DNA from: a bacterium
Lineage (GTDB): Bacteria; UBA8248
DNA length: 64,000 nucleotides
Direction of reading: 5' to 3'
Assembly: GCA_965203325.1 (NCBI GenBank)
Contig: OZ241875.1
Coordinates: 4,290,702-4,354,701 of the forward strand
Shown here: piece by piece, positions 44,021 through 52,320 of the stretch
How the letters are laid out: each line of letters begins with the position of its first letter
Numbering within the stretch: the first letter of the stretch is position 1
Program-made: the position numbers and the translations under genes
Notes under the pieces: model-generated
Database searches by the model: none
Told to the model about the DNA's origin: nothing
What the model saw: the letters and a program-made list of their open reading frames with translations, nothing else

Positions 44021-44497
44021 ATGAGCGTTCAGAAAATAAAATTTCTCATCGCGGGCATGGTCATCGTGAGCGCTTTCGCCTATCTGGCCATTTCAGGGTT
44101 CCAGAGCGAGAACCTGGTGTATTTTCTGACCGTGGATGAGGTGTCCCAAAAGGCGCCGACTCTGGGCGGCCGGGGCATCAGGGTGCAGGGCAAGATCGTG
44201 CCCCGGACGCTTCAGAAAAATCCCGACGCCATGTTGCTCGCCTTCCATATTCAGGGCGAGAAGGGGACTTTGCCCGTCAGCTACAAGGGGGTTCCCCCCG
44301 ATTTGCTCGAAAACGGGTTTCCGGTCATCGCCGAGGGAAAGCTCAACGGCAAGGGGGTCTTGGTAGCGAAGAACCTGATGGTGGCATGTCCCTCGAAATT
44401 CGAGGAAATGAAAGAAGCGGGTGAGAGCATACCGACGGATCACGAAGCCTTGATGAAAGAAGCCGTGAAGCGCAGGCAAATCTCGGAAGCTAAGTAA
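44021..44497 (+). CDS. ccmE: Cytochrome c maturation heme chaperone CcmE, cysteine-type variant
   Basis: N-terminal membrane anchor, OB-fold core (LVYFLTVDEV...GIRVQGKIVP...FHIQG...LPVSYKGVPPDLLENGFPVIAEGKL). Heme-attachment region reads LMVACPSKFEE where canonical CcmE has LAKHDENY, so Cys replaces His. Confidence 0.85.
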   Translation: MSVQKIKFLIAGMVIVSAFAYLAISGFQSENLVYFLTVDEVSQKAPTLGGRGIRVQGKIVPRTLQKNPDAMLLAFHIQGEKGTLPVSYKGVPPDLLENGFPVIAEGKLNGKGVLVAKNLMVACPSKFEEMKEAGESIPTDHEALMKEAVKRRQISEAK

Positions 44498-44569
44498 CCG
44501 CTCGCCCGCAGTAATGGCCCTTGTCTCTCGTATTGTCTTAAAAATCCGCTCCATCCCGGGAGTTTTCAG

Positions 44570-46534
44570 TTGATCGCCATTCAGTTCGGACACTACAGCT
44601 TGCTGGCATCTCTCGTCCTGGCGGTGTTCGGAATAGGGGCCTGCATCCTCGGCGCGATAAAGCGCAGGGCCGACCTCATCGCGGCAGGTAGAAACGCCGC
44701 CGTCGGTGTTTTCTGGCTGGTGAGCGGCGCGAGCGCGTGTCTCGTCTATTTGCTCATGGTGCGCGACTACCGCGTGGAGTACGTGGCCGGGCACGTGAAC
44801 AACACGCTGAACGGGTTTTACCGCTTCAGCGCGTTCTGGGGGGGGCAGGAGGGGAGCCTGCTGATGTGGCTCCTGCTCTTGTGCGTGTATGCGTTCGTCG
44901 TCATCCTGCAAAACCGCGACAGAAATCTGGAGCTGATGCCCTACGTGACGGCCACGCTGATGGCCACGGCGCTGTTCTTTCTCGTAATTCTCAATTTCGT
45001 CACCCCGCCCTTCGATACGCTCCCCGCCCCGCCTGCGGACGGACGCGGCCTGAACCCGCTCCTTCAGGACTGGGGGATGGTGATCCACCCGCCCAACCTG
45101 TACCTGGGCTATGTGGGTTTCGCCGTTCCATTCGCCTTTTGCATCGGTGCTCTGGCGAGCGGAAAGCTCGACACCGACTGGATCACCTCGACGCGGCGCT
45201 GGACGCTGTTCGCATGGTTCTTCAACGGGGTCGGCATTCTGCTCGGCGGCGCATGGGCCTACAAGGAGCTGGGTTGGGGCGGATACTGGGCGTGGGATCC
45301 GGTGGAGAACGCGAGCCTCATGCCCTGGCTCGTGGGAACCGCTTTTCTTCACTCGGTGATGATCCAGGAAAAACGCGGGATGCTCAAGGTCTGGAACGTC
45401 TCGCTCATCATCATCACATACGCCCTCACGATATTCGGCACTTTCCTCACGAGAAGCGGCATCATCTCGAGCGTACACGCCTTTGCGAACTCATCGTTCG
45501 GCTGGGCGTTTCTGGTCTACTTGCTGGTGGCGCTCGTCATATCCTTTAGCCTGATGATCTGGCGTCTGCCCCAGCTTCAAAGCGAGCACGAGATGGAGAG
45601 CTTCTTCTCGCGCGAGGCGAGCTTTCTGCTCAACAACGTCGTGCTCGTCGGCATCACGTTCGCCGTCTTCTGGGGGACGATTTTCCCGGTCGTCTCGGAA
45701 GCCGTGAAAGGGGTGAAGGTCACCGTGGGGCCGCCGTTCTTCAATCAGGTGAACGTGCCGATAGGGCTTTTGCTCATTTTGCTTTGCGGCGCGGGGCCTC
45801 TTTTCGCTTGGCGGAGGACATCGCGAAAACAGATGAACAGGAGTTTCGTCTATCCCTCCGTGGTGGCGTTGGGCGCCCTGCTCGTCCTGGTGCTCTTCGG
45901 CGTTCACCACGTCTACGCGGCGCTCGCGTTCGGGCTCAGCGCGTTCGTGGTGGGGACGATCGTTTTGGAGTATTGGCGGGGAATTTCTTCGCGCGTGCGT
46001 CACCAGGGAGAGCGCATCGTCCAGGCGGCGTGGGAGCTCACCATGCGCAACAAGAGGCGCTTCGGTGGCTATATCGTCCACCTGGGGATGGCGATCTTGT
46101 TCGTGGGCGTGGCAGCGTCCTCGGCCTATCAGGAGGTAGGCGAGGTGCGCCTTCGCCTGGGCGAGAGTTTTGCGCTAAACGGCGTGCGGATGCGCTATGA
46201 AGGGATTCGCGAGAGCGCGACGCCGCAATACCGCTCCGCCTTCGCGCGCCTGGGGGTCTACCGGGCGGGATACCGCATCGGGGAGGTGGAACCGGAAAAA
46301 AGGCTCTATTTCACGCCGCCGCAACCGACGACGGAGCCCGGCATCCGCCGGGGCGCGCGTTCGGATATCTACGCCGTCTTCGCCGAGGCGGACCCGGACG
46401 GCACGGCCACGTTCAAGTTCATGGTCAACCCGCTGGTGAACTGGGTATGGGCGGGCGGTATCGTCTTTACGCTCGGCTCGGTCGTTTGCTTCTTGCCGGA
46501 GCGTTGGGGCAGGCGAAGAAAAAAGCAGGCTTAA
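44570..46534 (+). CDS. ccmF: Cytochrome c-type biogenesis heme lyase component CcmF
   Basis: 654 aa, ~13 TM, WGGxxGxxxMWxL WWD-domain motif (FWGGQEGSLLMWLLL). TTG start 44570 with GGGAG RBS. Confidence 0.9.
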   Translation: MIAIQFGHYSLLASLVLAVFGIGACILGAIKRRADLIAAGRNAAVGVFWLVSGASACLVYLLMVRDYRVEYVAGHVNNTLNGFYRFSAFWGGQEGSLLMWLLLLCVYAFVVILQNRDRNLELMPYVTATLMATALFFLVILNFVTPPFDTLPAPPADGRGLNPLLQDWGMVIHPPNLYLGYVGFAVPFAFCIGALASGKLDTDWITSTRRWTLFAWFFNGVGILLGGAWAYKELGWGGYWAWDPVENASLMPWLVGTAFLHSVMIQEKRGMLKVWNVSLIIITYALTIFGTFLTRSGIISSVHAFANSSFGWAFLVYLLVALVISFSLMIWRLPQLQSEHEMESFFSREASFLLNNVVLVGITFAVFWGTIFPVVSEAVKGVKVTVGPPFFNQVNVPIGLLLILLCGAGPLFAWRRTSRKQMNRSFVYPSVVALGALLVLVLFGVHHVYAALAFGLSAFVVGTIVLEYWRGISSRVRHQGERIVQAAWELTMRNKRRFGGYIVHLGMAILFVGVAASSAYQEVGEVRLRLGESFALNGVRMRYEGIRESATPQYRSAFARLGVYRAGYRIGEVEPEKRLYFTPPQPTTEPGIRRGARSDIYAVFAEADPDGTATFKFMVNPLVNWVWAGGIVFTLGSVVCFLPERWGRRRKKQA

Positions 46535-46537
46535 AGC

Positions 46538-47146
46538 ATGGAGATTCTCGGCGTCATCATCGCTTGCGGGGCGGTCGGCGCGGCTTTTTTCTACACCCTT
46601 TGGCCCATCATGCGCCCTCAGACGGCCCAGGGCGTCTTGCCGGATGAGGATAGCGCGCAGCCGCTTTCGAACCGCGAGTTGACACGGCTGTTGATGGAAC
46701 GCGAGCAGGCCTACAAGAACATCATGGATATCGAGTTCGACAAGGAAATGGGCAAGCTCTCTGATGAAGACTACGCCCAGATGATGGCGCCCGCCCGAGC
46801 ACAGGCGGTGGAGGTGCTGAGGCGCCTCGACGCCCGGGGGGTGAAGGAGGGGATGACGCCCCTGCAGATGAACGAGCGCGAGGCGGCGCAGGCGGCGGCC
46901 CGGCTCGAAACAAAACGCCCACCTTCCGAGAAAATCGCAGTCGAGAAACCCCCCTCGCTGGATGAGCGTCTGGAAGCGGAAATCCTGCGCTACAGGAAAA
47001 GTGCGAGCGAATCGCAAGATGAATCTGCCGATTCTTCATCGGATGAGCAAGAGAAAAGTATGAAACCCCGGTTTTGCGCTTCTTGCGGAAACGCCGTGGA
47101 TGAAGCGGATAACTTCTGCGCCGCCTGTGGGCGCCGGCTAACTTGA
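46538..47146 (+). CDS. Hypothetical membrane-anchored protein with C-terminal zinc-ribbon (CxxC...CxxC)
   Basis: N-terminal TM (ILGVIIACGAVGAAFFYTLW), charged helical middle, C-terminal FCASCGNAVDEADNFCAACGRRL. Sits inside the ccm cluster between ccmF and ccmA. Confidence 0.5.
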   Translation: MEILGVIIACGAVGAAFFYTLWPIMRPQTAQGVLPDEDSAQPLSNRELTRLLMEREQAYKNIMDIEFDKEMGKLSDEDYAQMMAPARAQAVEVLRRLDARGVKEGMTPLQMNEREAAQAAARLETKRPPSEKIAVEKPPSLDERLEAEILRYRKSASESQDESADSSSDEQEKSMKPRFCASCGNAVDEADNFCAACGRRLT

Positions 47147-48045
47147 AACGCATCGGGCCCGCTCGACCCCTTGTATTTCTATGCCTGTTTCTTGTCTGCT
47201 CCTCACCCGTCCTTTCATACGCAGGGCCGGCGAAGCTCCAGGCTGCGCCGCCCAAGGCGAAGGTTCAAACCTCCGGTCCCACGACGACGGACCTCTCCCG
47301 GCTCAGGCTCAAGCGCAACATCCTCACCATCCGGCTCGAAAAGGGTTTTTTCGAGTTCGTGGAGATGATGGATTTCGAGAACGAGGGCAGCGCCACCATC
47401 GTCTCGAAAGGCGGCGCTCCCACGCTGCGCTTCGTTCTGCCGAAGAGCAGCAACATCAGAAACCCCCGCGCGCGCTGGGGCGCAGCGCCCGCAGGACTCG
47501 ACCCCAAGTTCCTCACTACGGTGGAGGATGAGATCCGGACGACCGAGCCTTTCCCGCCGGGGCGGAAGTTCGTCGTCCTGCTCTATCGCCTGGAGGATGA
47601 GTTCGGCGGGATCAGGGTGGAGAAGCCCATCATTTACGACACGCCGAGTTTGGCCGTCCTGCCCGAGAAAGACCGCGTGCAGGCGCAGGCTCTTGGCCTT
47701 TCCGCACAGCCCGCCGTCAAGTTTCAGAACAGGGAATACAACCGTTTCGTGGGGACAGCCAGAGCGGGTACGCTGGTGCGCATCGACGTGCAGGCGCCCG
47801 ATTCGATGGGTGGCCTCGGGGTATTCTACGTCGTGGGAGGCGTCGTGGTCGTCTTGAGTCTGGGGCTTGGGCTTTACATCCGCAAAAGAAGGAACACGGC
47901 CTACTCCGCTCAGGTGGAGCGCGAGGAGATATTGCGCGCCATCGCTATACTCGATGACAGGCTCGCGACGGGGGAGATATCCGCCGATGAGCACGCCCGC
48001 GAACGCACCCCGCGCTTCGAGCGCCTGAAAGAACTCTCGGACTAA
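47143..48045 (+). CDS. Hypothetical exported protein with C-terminal TM and SHOCT-like tail
   Basis: Signal peptide (VFLCLFLVCSSPVLSYA), ~200-aa periplasmic domain, TM (GGLGVFYVVGGVVVVLSLGLGLYI), cytoplasmic tail LATGEISADEHARER. Embedded in the ccm cluster. Confidence 0.5.
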   Translation: MKRIGPARPLVFLCLFLVCSSPVLSYAGPAKLQAAPPKAKVQTSGPTTTDLSRLRLKRNILTIRLEKGFFEFVEMMDFENEGSATIVSKGGAPTLRFVLPKSSNIRNPRARWGAAPAGLDPKFLTTVEDEIRTTEPFPPGRKFVVLLYRLEDEFGGIRVEKPIIYDTPSLAVLPEKDRVQAQALGLSAQPAVKFQNREYNRFVGTARAGTLVRIDVQAPDSMGGLGVFYVVGGVVVVLSLGLGLYIRKRRNTAYSAQVEREEILRAIAILDDRLATGEISADEHARERTPRFERLKELSD

Positions 48046-48058
48046 GAGGGCGGATGCC

Positions 48059-48763
48059 ATGCTGGAGGCTTTTGGGGTATCCAGACGCTACGGATGGAGA
48101 TGGGCGCTCAGGAATTTGTCCATTGCCGTCTCCCCCGGCGAGGCGCTCGCTCTTCTCGGCAAGAACGGATCGGGCAAGACCACGCTTCTCAAATCTTTTG
48201 CAGGTCTGCTCAGGCCGACCGAAGGGGTGGTTCAACTAAGCGGCGAGCCGCTCTCCCGCGAGGCGAAGGGCAGAATCGGCCTGCTCTCGCACGAGCCCAT
48301 GCTTTATGCGGGTTTGACGATACGTGACAACCTCGGTTATTTCGCCAGGCTCTTTGGCATGGAAAGCGGAGATATACCGGTACGGGTGAGTCTTCTGGCG
48401 GAGATGCTCGACATACGGGAGCGTCTCGACGAACCCGTGCGCGTCTTGAGCCAGGGTCTCAGGCAGCGCGCAGCACTTGCGCGCGCGCTTATACACGACC
48501 CCGAGGTCGTATTGCTCGATGAGCCTTTCTCCGGCCTCGACCCGGATGCCGCCGAACGCCTGGAAAACGTCGTGCGCGCCCTTTGCGAGGGCCGAGAACG
48601 AATCGTGGTGTTCACGACGCACGACCTGTCAAAAGCCTTCGATATGGCGGGCAAAATCGCCGTTCTGGCCGGGGGCGGGCTTGTCTATGAGGGGAGTGCT
48701 GAAAATTCAAGCGAAGAAGAAGTGCTGGCCGCGTTCGATGAATCCCCTGGAGGCGCGGCATGA
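48059..48763 (+). CDS. ccmA: Heme exporter ABC ATPase CcmA
   Basis: Walker A GKNGSGKTT, signature SQGLRQRAA, Walker B VLLDEP; small (~234 aa) as typical for CcmA. RBS AGAGGG. Confidence 0.8.
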   Translation: MLEAFGVSRRYGWRWALRNLSIAVSPGEALALLGKNGSGKTTLLKSFAGLLRPTEGVVQLSGEPLSREAKGRIGLLSHEPMLYAGLTIRDNLGYFARLFGMESGDIPVRVSLLAEMLDIRERLDEPVRVLSQGLRQRAALARALIHDPEVVLLDEPFSGLDPDAAERLENVVRALCEGRERIVVFTTHDLSKAFDMAGKIAVLAGGGLVYEGSAENSSEEEVLAAFDESPGGAA

Positions 48764-49449
48764 GGCGCTTTTTCTCCGTGCTCTCAGCGGTGGTCGAAAA
48801 AGATTTGCGCCTCGAATGGCGGACGAAGGAAAGCCTCCTCGTCATGGTGGTTTTCGCACTGCTTGTGCTCACGCTGTTCAGCTTCGCCTTCGGCCCCGGA
48901 GGCGGAAGCGGGGAGAACGCCCGCGCCGTGCAGGCGGGCATCTTGTGGATATCGTTTTTATTCGCCTGTGTCATCGGGCTGTCCCGCACCATGGGCGTGG
49001 AGCGTGAGAGCGCGGGTTTTTCTGCCATGCACGCGAGTCCGGCGGACCCTTCCGCTTTGTATCTGGGCAAAGTGGTGTCCGCGGCCGTTTTGATGGGAAT
49101 CATGGAGTTGGTGGGCTTCGCCGTTTTGACGGTTCTCTATCAGGTGGATGTGTGGAAATCGGCCGGTGCGCTGGCGCTCATCGCCATCTCCGCCACGCTT
49201 GGAATCGCGGCCGCCGGTGCCCTGTTCGCCGCCATGAGCGCGCGTACGCGAACGCGAGAGGTCTTGCTGCCCGTATTGATGTTTCCCGTTCTTGTGCCTG
49301 TTCTGATCGCCGCCGTCAAGGCGACCGAAGCCCATCTCGGCGGCGGCGGATGGGCGGATTCGAAGGATTGGATTCGCTTGATGTTGGTGTATGATGTGAT
49401 ATTCTTGGTAGCCGCCTCTTTGCTCTTTGAATATATATTAGAGGAATAA
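48760..49449 (+). CDS. ccmB: Heme exporter permease CcmB
   Basis: 229 aa, 6 TM, N-terminus FSVLSAVVEKDLRLEWRTKESL is typical of CcmB. Overlaps the ccmA stop. Confidence 0.8.
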   Translation: MRRFFSVLSAVVEKDLRLEWRTKESLLVMVVFALLVLTLFSFAFGPGGGSGENARAVQAGILWISFLFACVIGLSRTMGVERESAGFSAMHASPADPSALYLGKVVSAAVLMGIMELVGFAVLTVLYQVDVWKSAGALALIAISATLGIAAAGALFAAMSARTRTREVLLPVLMFPVLVPVLIAAVKATEAHLGGGGWADSKDWIRLMLVYDVIFLVAASLLFEYILEE

Positions 49450-49527
49450 TATCAATGGGTTATATTCATATATCTATGAAATACTTTATGCTCTGCCGCC
49501 GCTCCGAATCGCCGGGGAGGTTGCCTG

Positions 49528-50223
49528 ATGGGCCATGACGAGCGGAGAGCGTTCGGGTGGTTGCCGGTTGTAGCCTTGTGCGTCCTTGCCTTCGCTATTT
49601 TTGCGGATTTCTTCATCGCGGGAACCGACAGGCTCCAGGGGCCGCCGCAGCGGATTTTCTACATACACGTGCCATCGGCCTGGGTGGCGTTTTTCGCCTT
49701 TTTCCTGGTGTTCATCTTCTCGATCAAATATCTGGCGAAAAGGAATCCGGACGACGACATCCGAGCGCACGCCTGCGCGGAGGCGGGAGTCGTTTTCTGC
49801 ACGCTGGTGCTCATCACCGGGCCCATCTGGGCGCGTCCGGTCTGGGGCGTATGGTGGACGTGGGACGCGCGGCTCACCACCACGCTCATCCTGTGGATGA
49901 TTTACGTGGGCTATCTCATGCTGCGCGCCTACATGACGGAACCCGGGCAAAGGGCGCGATTCGCCGCCGTGATGGGGATCATCGGCTTCCTGAACGTACC
50001 CATCGTGCATATGTCGGTGGAATGGTGGCGTACGCTCCATCCCAAACCCGTAGTGATGCGCTCGGGCGGGTTAAGGGAGCTGCCCGATTCCATGCACGTG
50101 GCCTTATGGAGTTCCCTGCTGGCCTTTATGCTCCTGTTCGCCTGTTTCGCCAGAAAGCGCGCGCAAATCGAGCGTCTGAGCGCGCGGGTGGAAGAGGCGC
50201 GCGCCGCGCGGGAGGGAGGGTGA
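49528..50223 (+). CDS. ccmC: Heme exporter / heme-handling protein CcmC
   Basis: WWD domain WGVWWTWDARLTT, conserved His residues, 231 aa. Confidence 0.85.
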   Translation: MGHDERRAFGWLPVVALCVLAFAIFADFFIAGTDRLQGPPQRIFYIHVPSAWVAFFAFFLVFIFSIKYLAKRNPDDDIRAHACAEAGVVFCTLVLITGPIWARPVWGVWWTWDARLTTTLILWMIYVGYLMLRAYMTEPGQRARFAAVMGIIGFLNVPIVHMSVEWWRTLHPKPVVMRSGGLRELPDSMHVALWSSLLAFMLLFACFARKRAQIERLSARVEEARAAREGG

Positions 50224-50354
50224 TGGGCTACGTGGCGGCGGCGTACATCGTCGTTCTGGGTGGATTTGCGCTTTATTGGTGGACTCTCAAGGCGCGGATG
50301 GATATTTTGGTGGAGGAGGAGAAAAAACTGAACCCCAGGAGAGATCCTCCATGA
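50223..50354 (+). CDS. ccmD: CcmD-like small membrane protein (43 aa)
   Basis: MGYVAAAYIVVLGGFALYWWTLKARMDILVEEEKKL: single TM + charged tail. Start overlaps the ccmC stop (TGATG) and its stop overlaps the next gene's ATG. Not in the supplied ORF list because it is too short. Confidence 0.5.
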   Translation: MGYVAAAYIVVLGGFALYWWTLKARMDILVEEEKKLNPRRDPP

Positions 50355-50839
50355 TGCGTTTTGGGCTCGCCTTGTGCCTGCTGGTCGCCTTGTGTCTCTA
50401 TTCAGTAGCTCAGGCCGCGTCGCCGGGAGCCAAGACCACATTCTCAGAAGTGGCGGGCGCCCTCATGAGTCCGGTGTGTCCCGGGAAACTGCTGCACGAT
50501 TGCCCCAGCAGCGAGGGCGCTCAACTCCGCGAACTCGTGCGCCGCAAGATATTCGCCGGGGAGTCGAAAGAGCAGATTGTCCGGTATTTCGTCGAGGTAT
50601 ACGGCAGAGACGTTTTGCCCAAGCCTCCGGCGGAGGGCTTTTATCTCACCGCCTGGCTTCTTCCTTTCGGGGGGGTGTTGGCGGGTTTCGGCGTGGTCTT
50701 CGTTCTGGTGAGGTCGTGGACGAGGCGCCCCGAAGATGCCGGACATGGTGAAGGGCAACGTGAAGTCTCGCAAAAGGCCGCCTCGGACGACCCGCTGGAA
50801 AATCGCTTACAGCGCGAGCTTGGTGATTTCGAGGGTTGA
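50351..50839 (+). CDS. ccmH: CcmH/NrfF-family protein with atypical C-x6-C motif
   Basis: Signal peptide, then VCPGKLLHDC (canonical is LRCxxC). Followed by the conserved CcmH helix region (QLRELVRRKIFAGESKEQIVRYFVEVYGRDVL) and a C-terminal TM. Confidence 0.6.
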   Translation: MMRFGLALCLLVALCLYSVAQAASPGAKTTFSEVAGALMSPVCPGKLLHDCPSSEGAQLRELVRRKIFAGESKEQIVRYFVEVYGRDVLPKPPAEGFYLTAWLLPFGGVLAGFGVVFVLVRSWTRRPEDAGHGEGQREVSQKAASDDPLENRLQRELGDFEG

Positions 50840-50870
50840 GCCGCCATACTCCGCAAGTCGAGAGTTTTCA

Positions 50871-51554
50871 ATGAACTATGATCCCAAGAGTGAACTTGCC
50901 AGAAATCTCGATGGCTTCTCCCCGCACCGCCGGAGCATCAAGTGGCGGTTGATTGGGATGGTCATCAGCCTGATCCTGGTTGTCTGGATGATCGTGTATT
51001 TCGGCAATCAGGCAGAGCAGCCGGCGCAGGAGGCGGAGAGAAAGCAGGCGCAGCTGGCGCCGAAGGAGAGTGAAGGGGATGACGCCGGCTTGTACCGCGA
51101 CATGATTTTTCTCAAACAGGTCAAGCGCACCGATGCCCCGGGTGTATTGCTCAAGACCCTGGACGGGCAGAATCACTCTCTCGCGCAGCATGCGGGAAAG
51201 CTCGTCCTGGTGAATTTCTGGGCGACGTGGTGCCAGCCGTGCATCCGGGAAATGCCCTCGATGGAGCGGCTTTATGCGAAATACAAGCCGAGTGGTCTCG
51301 AGATCGTGGCGATATCGCTGGATCAGGGGAATGAAGATGATGTGCGCGAGTTCGTCGCGAAGCTGAAACTGACTTTCCCCATCGTCCTCGACCCTGAGCA
51401 CAAGGCGAAGGCGCTCTACAAGGTGCGGGGGCTGCCGACGACGTATCTCCTGGACAGGCAAGGCCAGGTAGCCGGCTACGGCGTGGGACCCCGCGAATGG
51501 GACAGCGAGGCCGCCTTCGCTCTTGTAGGTCATTTGCTTGATGAGAAAAGCTGA
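50871..51554 (+). CDS. ccmG: Thiol:disulfide oxidoreductase CcmG/DsbE/TlpA-like (thioredoxin fold)
   Basis: N-terminal TM anchor, WATWCQPC active site, TlpA/ResA-like fold. ATG 50871 is in frame with the longer track ORF 50736. Confidence 0.75.
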   Translation: MNYDPKSELARNLDGFSPHRRSIKWRLIGMVISLILVVWMIVYFGNQAEQPAQEAERKQAQLAPKESEGDDAGLYRDMIFLKQVKRTDAPGVLLKTLDGQNHSLAQHAGKLVLVNFWATWCQPCIREMPSMERLYAKYKPSGLEIVAISLDQGNEDDVREFVAKLKLTFPIVLDPEHKAKALYKVRGLPTTYLLDRQGQVAGYGVGPREWDSEAAFALVGHLLDEKS

Positions 51555-52146
51555 AGGTATGGAAGCGTCAAAAAGCTCGAGTCCCGACCAGCGAAAGGCC
51601 AAGCGGCTGGCCCTTTCGTTCATCCTGGCCCCGGTGCTGCTGACGCTGCTCTGGGCGGTGGGCGAGCGCCTGACGACAGAACGTGCCGAAGAAGCGCCCG
51701 TGACCAGTCTGGAGATCGGTGCTCAGGTTCCCCCTTTTGAATACCCGCTTCTGGGCGGTGGGAGCGCCTCTCTTGTAAGCCGGAAGAACAAGGTAGTGCT
51801 CATCAACGTGTGGGCCACGTGGTGCGTTCCGTGCCTGGATGAGATGCCGGATTTGCAGCGCCTCTACGCCCGGATGAAAAAAGACGGCGCGCCATTCGAG
51901 ATACTGGCGGTGAGCATCGACGCCCTGGGAGCGGACGCCGTCCGGAGATTCGTCGATCGCTTCGGCCTCACGTTCCCGATTCTGCTCGACCCGCGCGGGA
52001 GCATCAAGAAGCTCTACCGCACGACCGGCGTGCCGGAGACGTTCATCGTGGATCGCCAGGGCCGTCTCCTGCAGAAGATCATCGGCGCCCGCAAATGGGA
52101 TGCGCCTGCGATTGTCCAATACCTAAAACAAGCCGCCGGCTCCTAG
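51541..52146 (+). CDS. Second TlpA/DsbE-family thioredoxin-like protein
   Basis: TM anchor, WATWCVPC, same fold as the preceding gene; a paralog. Start overlaps the ccmG stop. Confidence 0.75.
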   Translation: MRKAEGMEASKSSSPDQRKAKRLALSFILAPVLLTLLWAVGERLTTERAEEAPVTSLEIGAQVPPFEYPLLGGGSASLVSRKNKVVLINVWATWCVPCLDEMPDLQRLYARMKKDGAPFEILAVSIDALGADAVRRFVDRFGLTFPILLDPRGSIKKLYRTTGVPETFIVDRQGRLLQKIIGARKWDAPAIVQYLKQAAGS

Positions 52147-52227
52147 GTGGATATCCTGAAGCGTCCAATCTTCGACATCCGGATTTCGCATTCAAGCATG
52201 GCAATATGACGATCAACAACGAACTAC

Positions 52228-52298
52228 GGGCGGACACACGGGTCCGCCCCTACGGGGTACGCGAATGGTTTCGTAGGGGAGAACCTGTGTGTTCTCCC
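52228..52298. repeat. Three contiguous palindromic stem-loops in convergent intergenic region
   Basis: GGGCGGAC-acacg-GTCCGCCC (52228-52249), CCCCTACG-loop-CGTAGGGG (52247-52279), GGGAGAAC-ctgtgt-GTTCTCCC (52277-52298). No T-tracts follow, so they are not classical terminators. Confidence 0.4.
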
Positions 52299-52320
52299 GC
52301 ATTCGCTTCCATGAAGCGCT

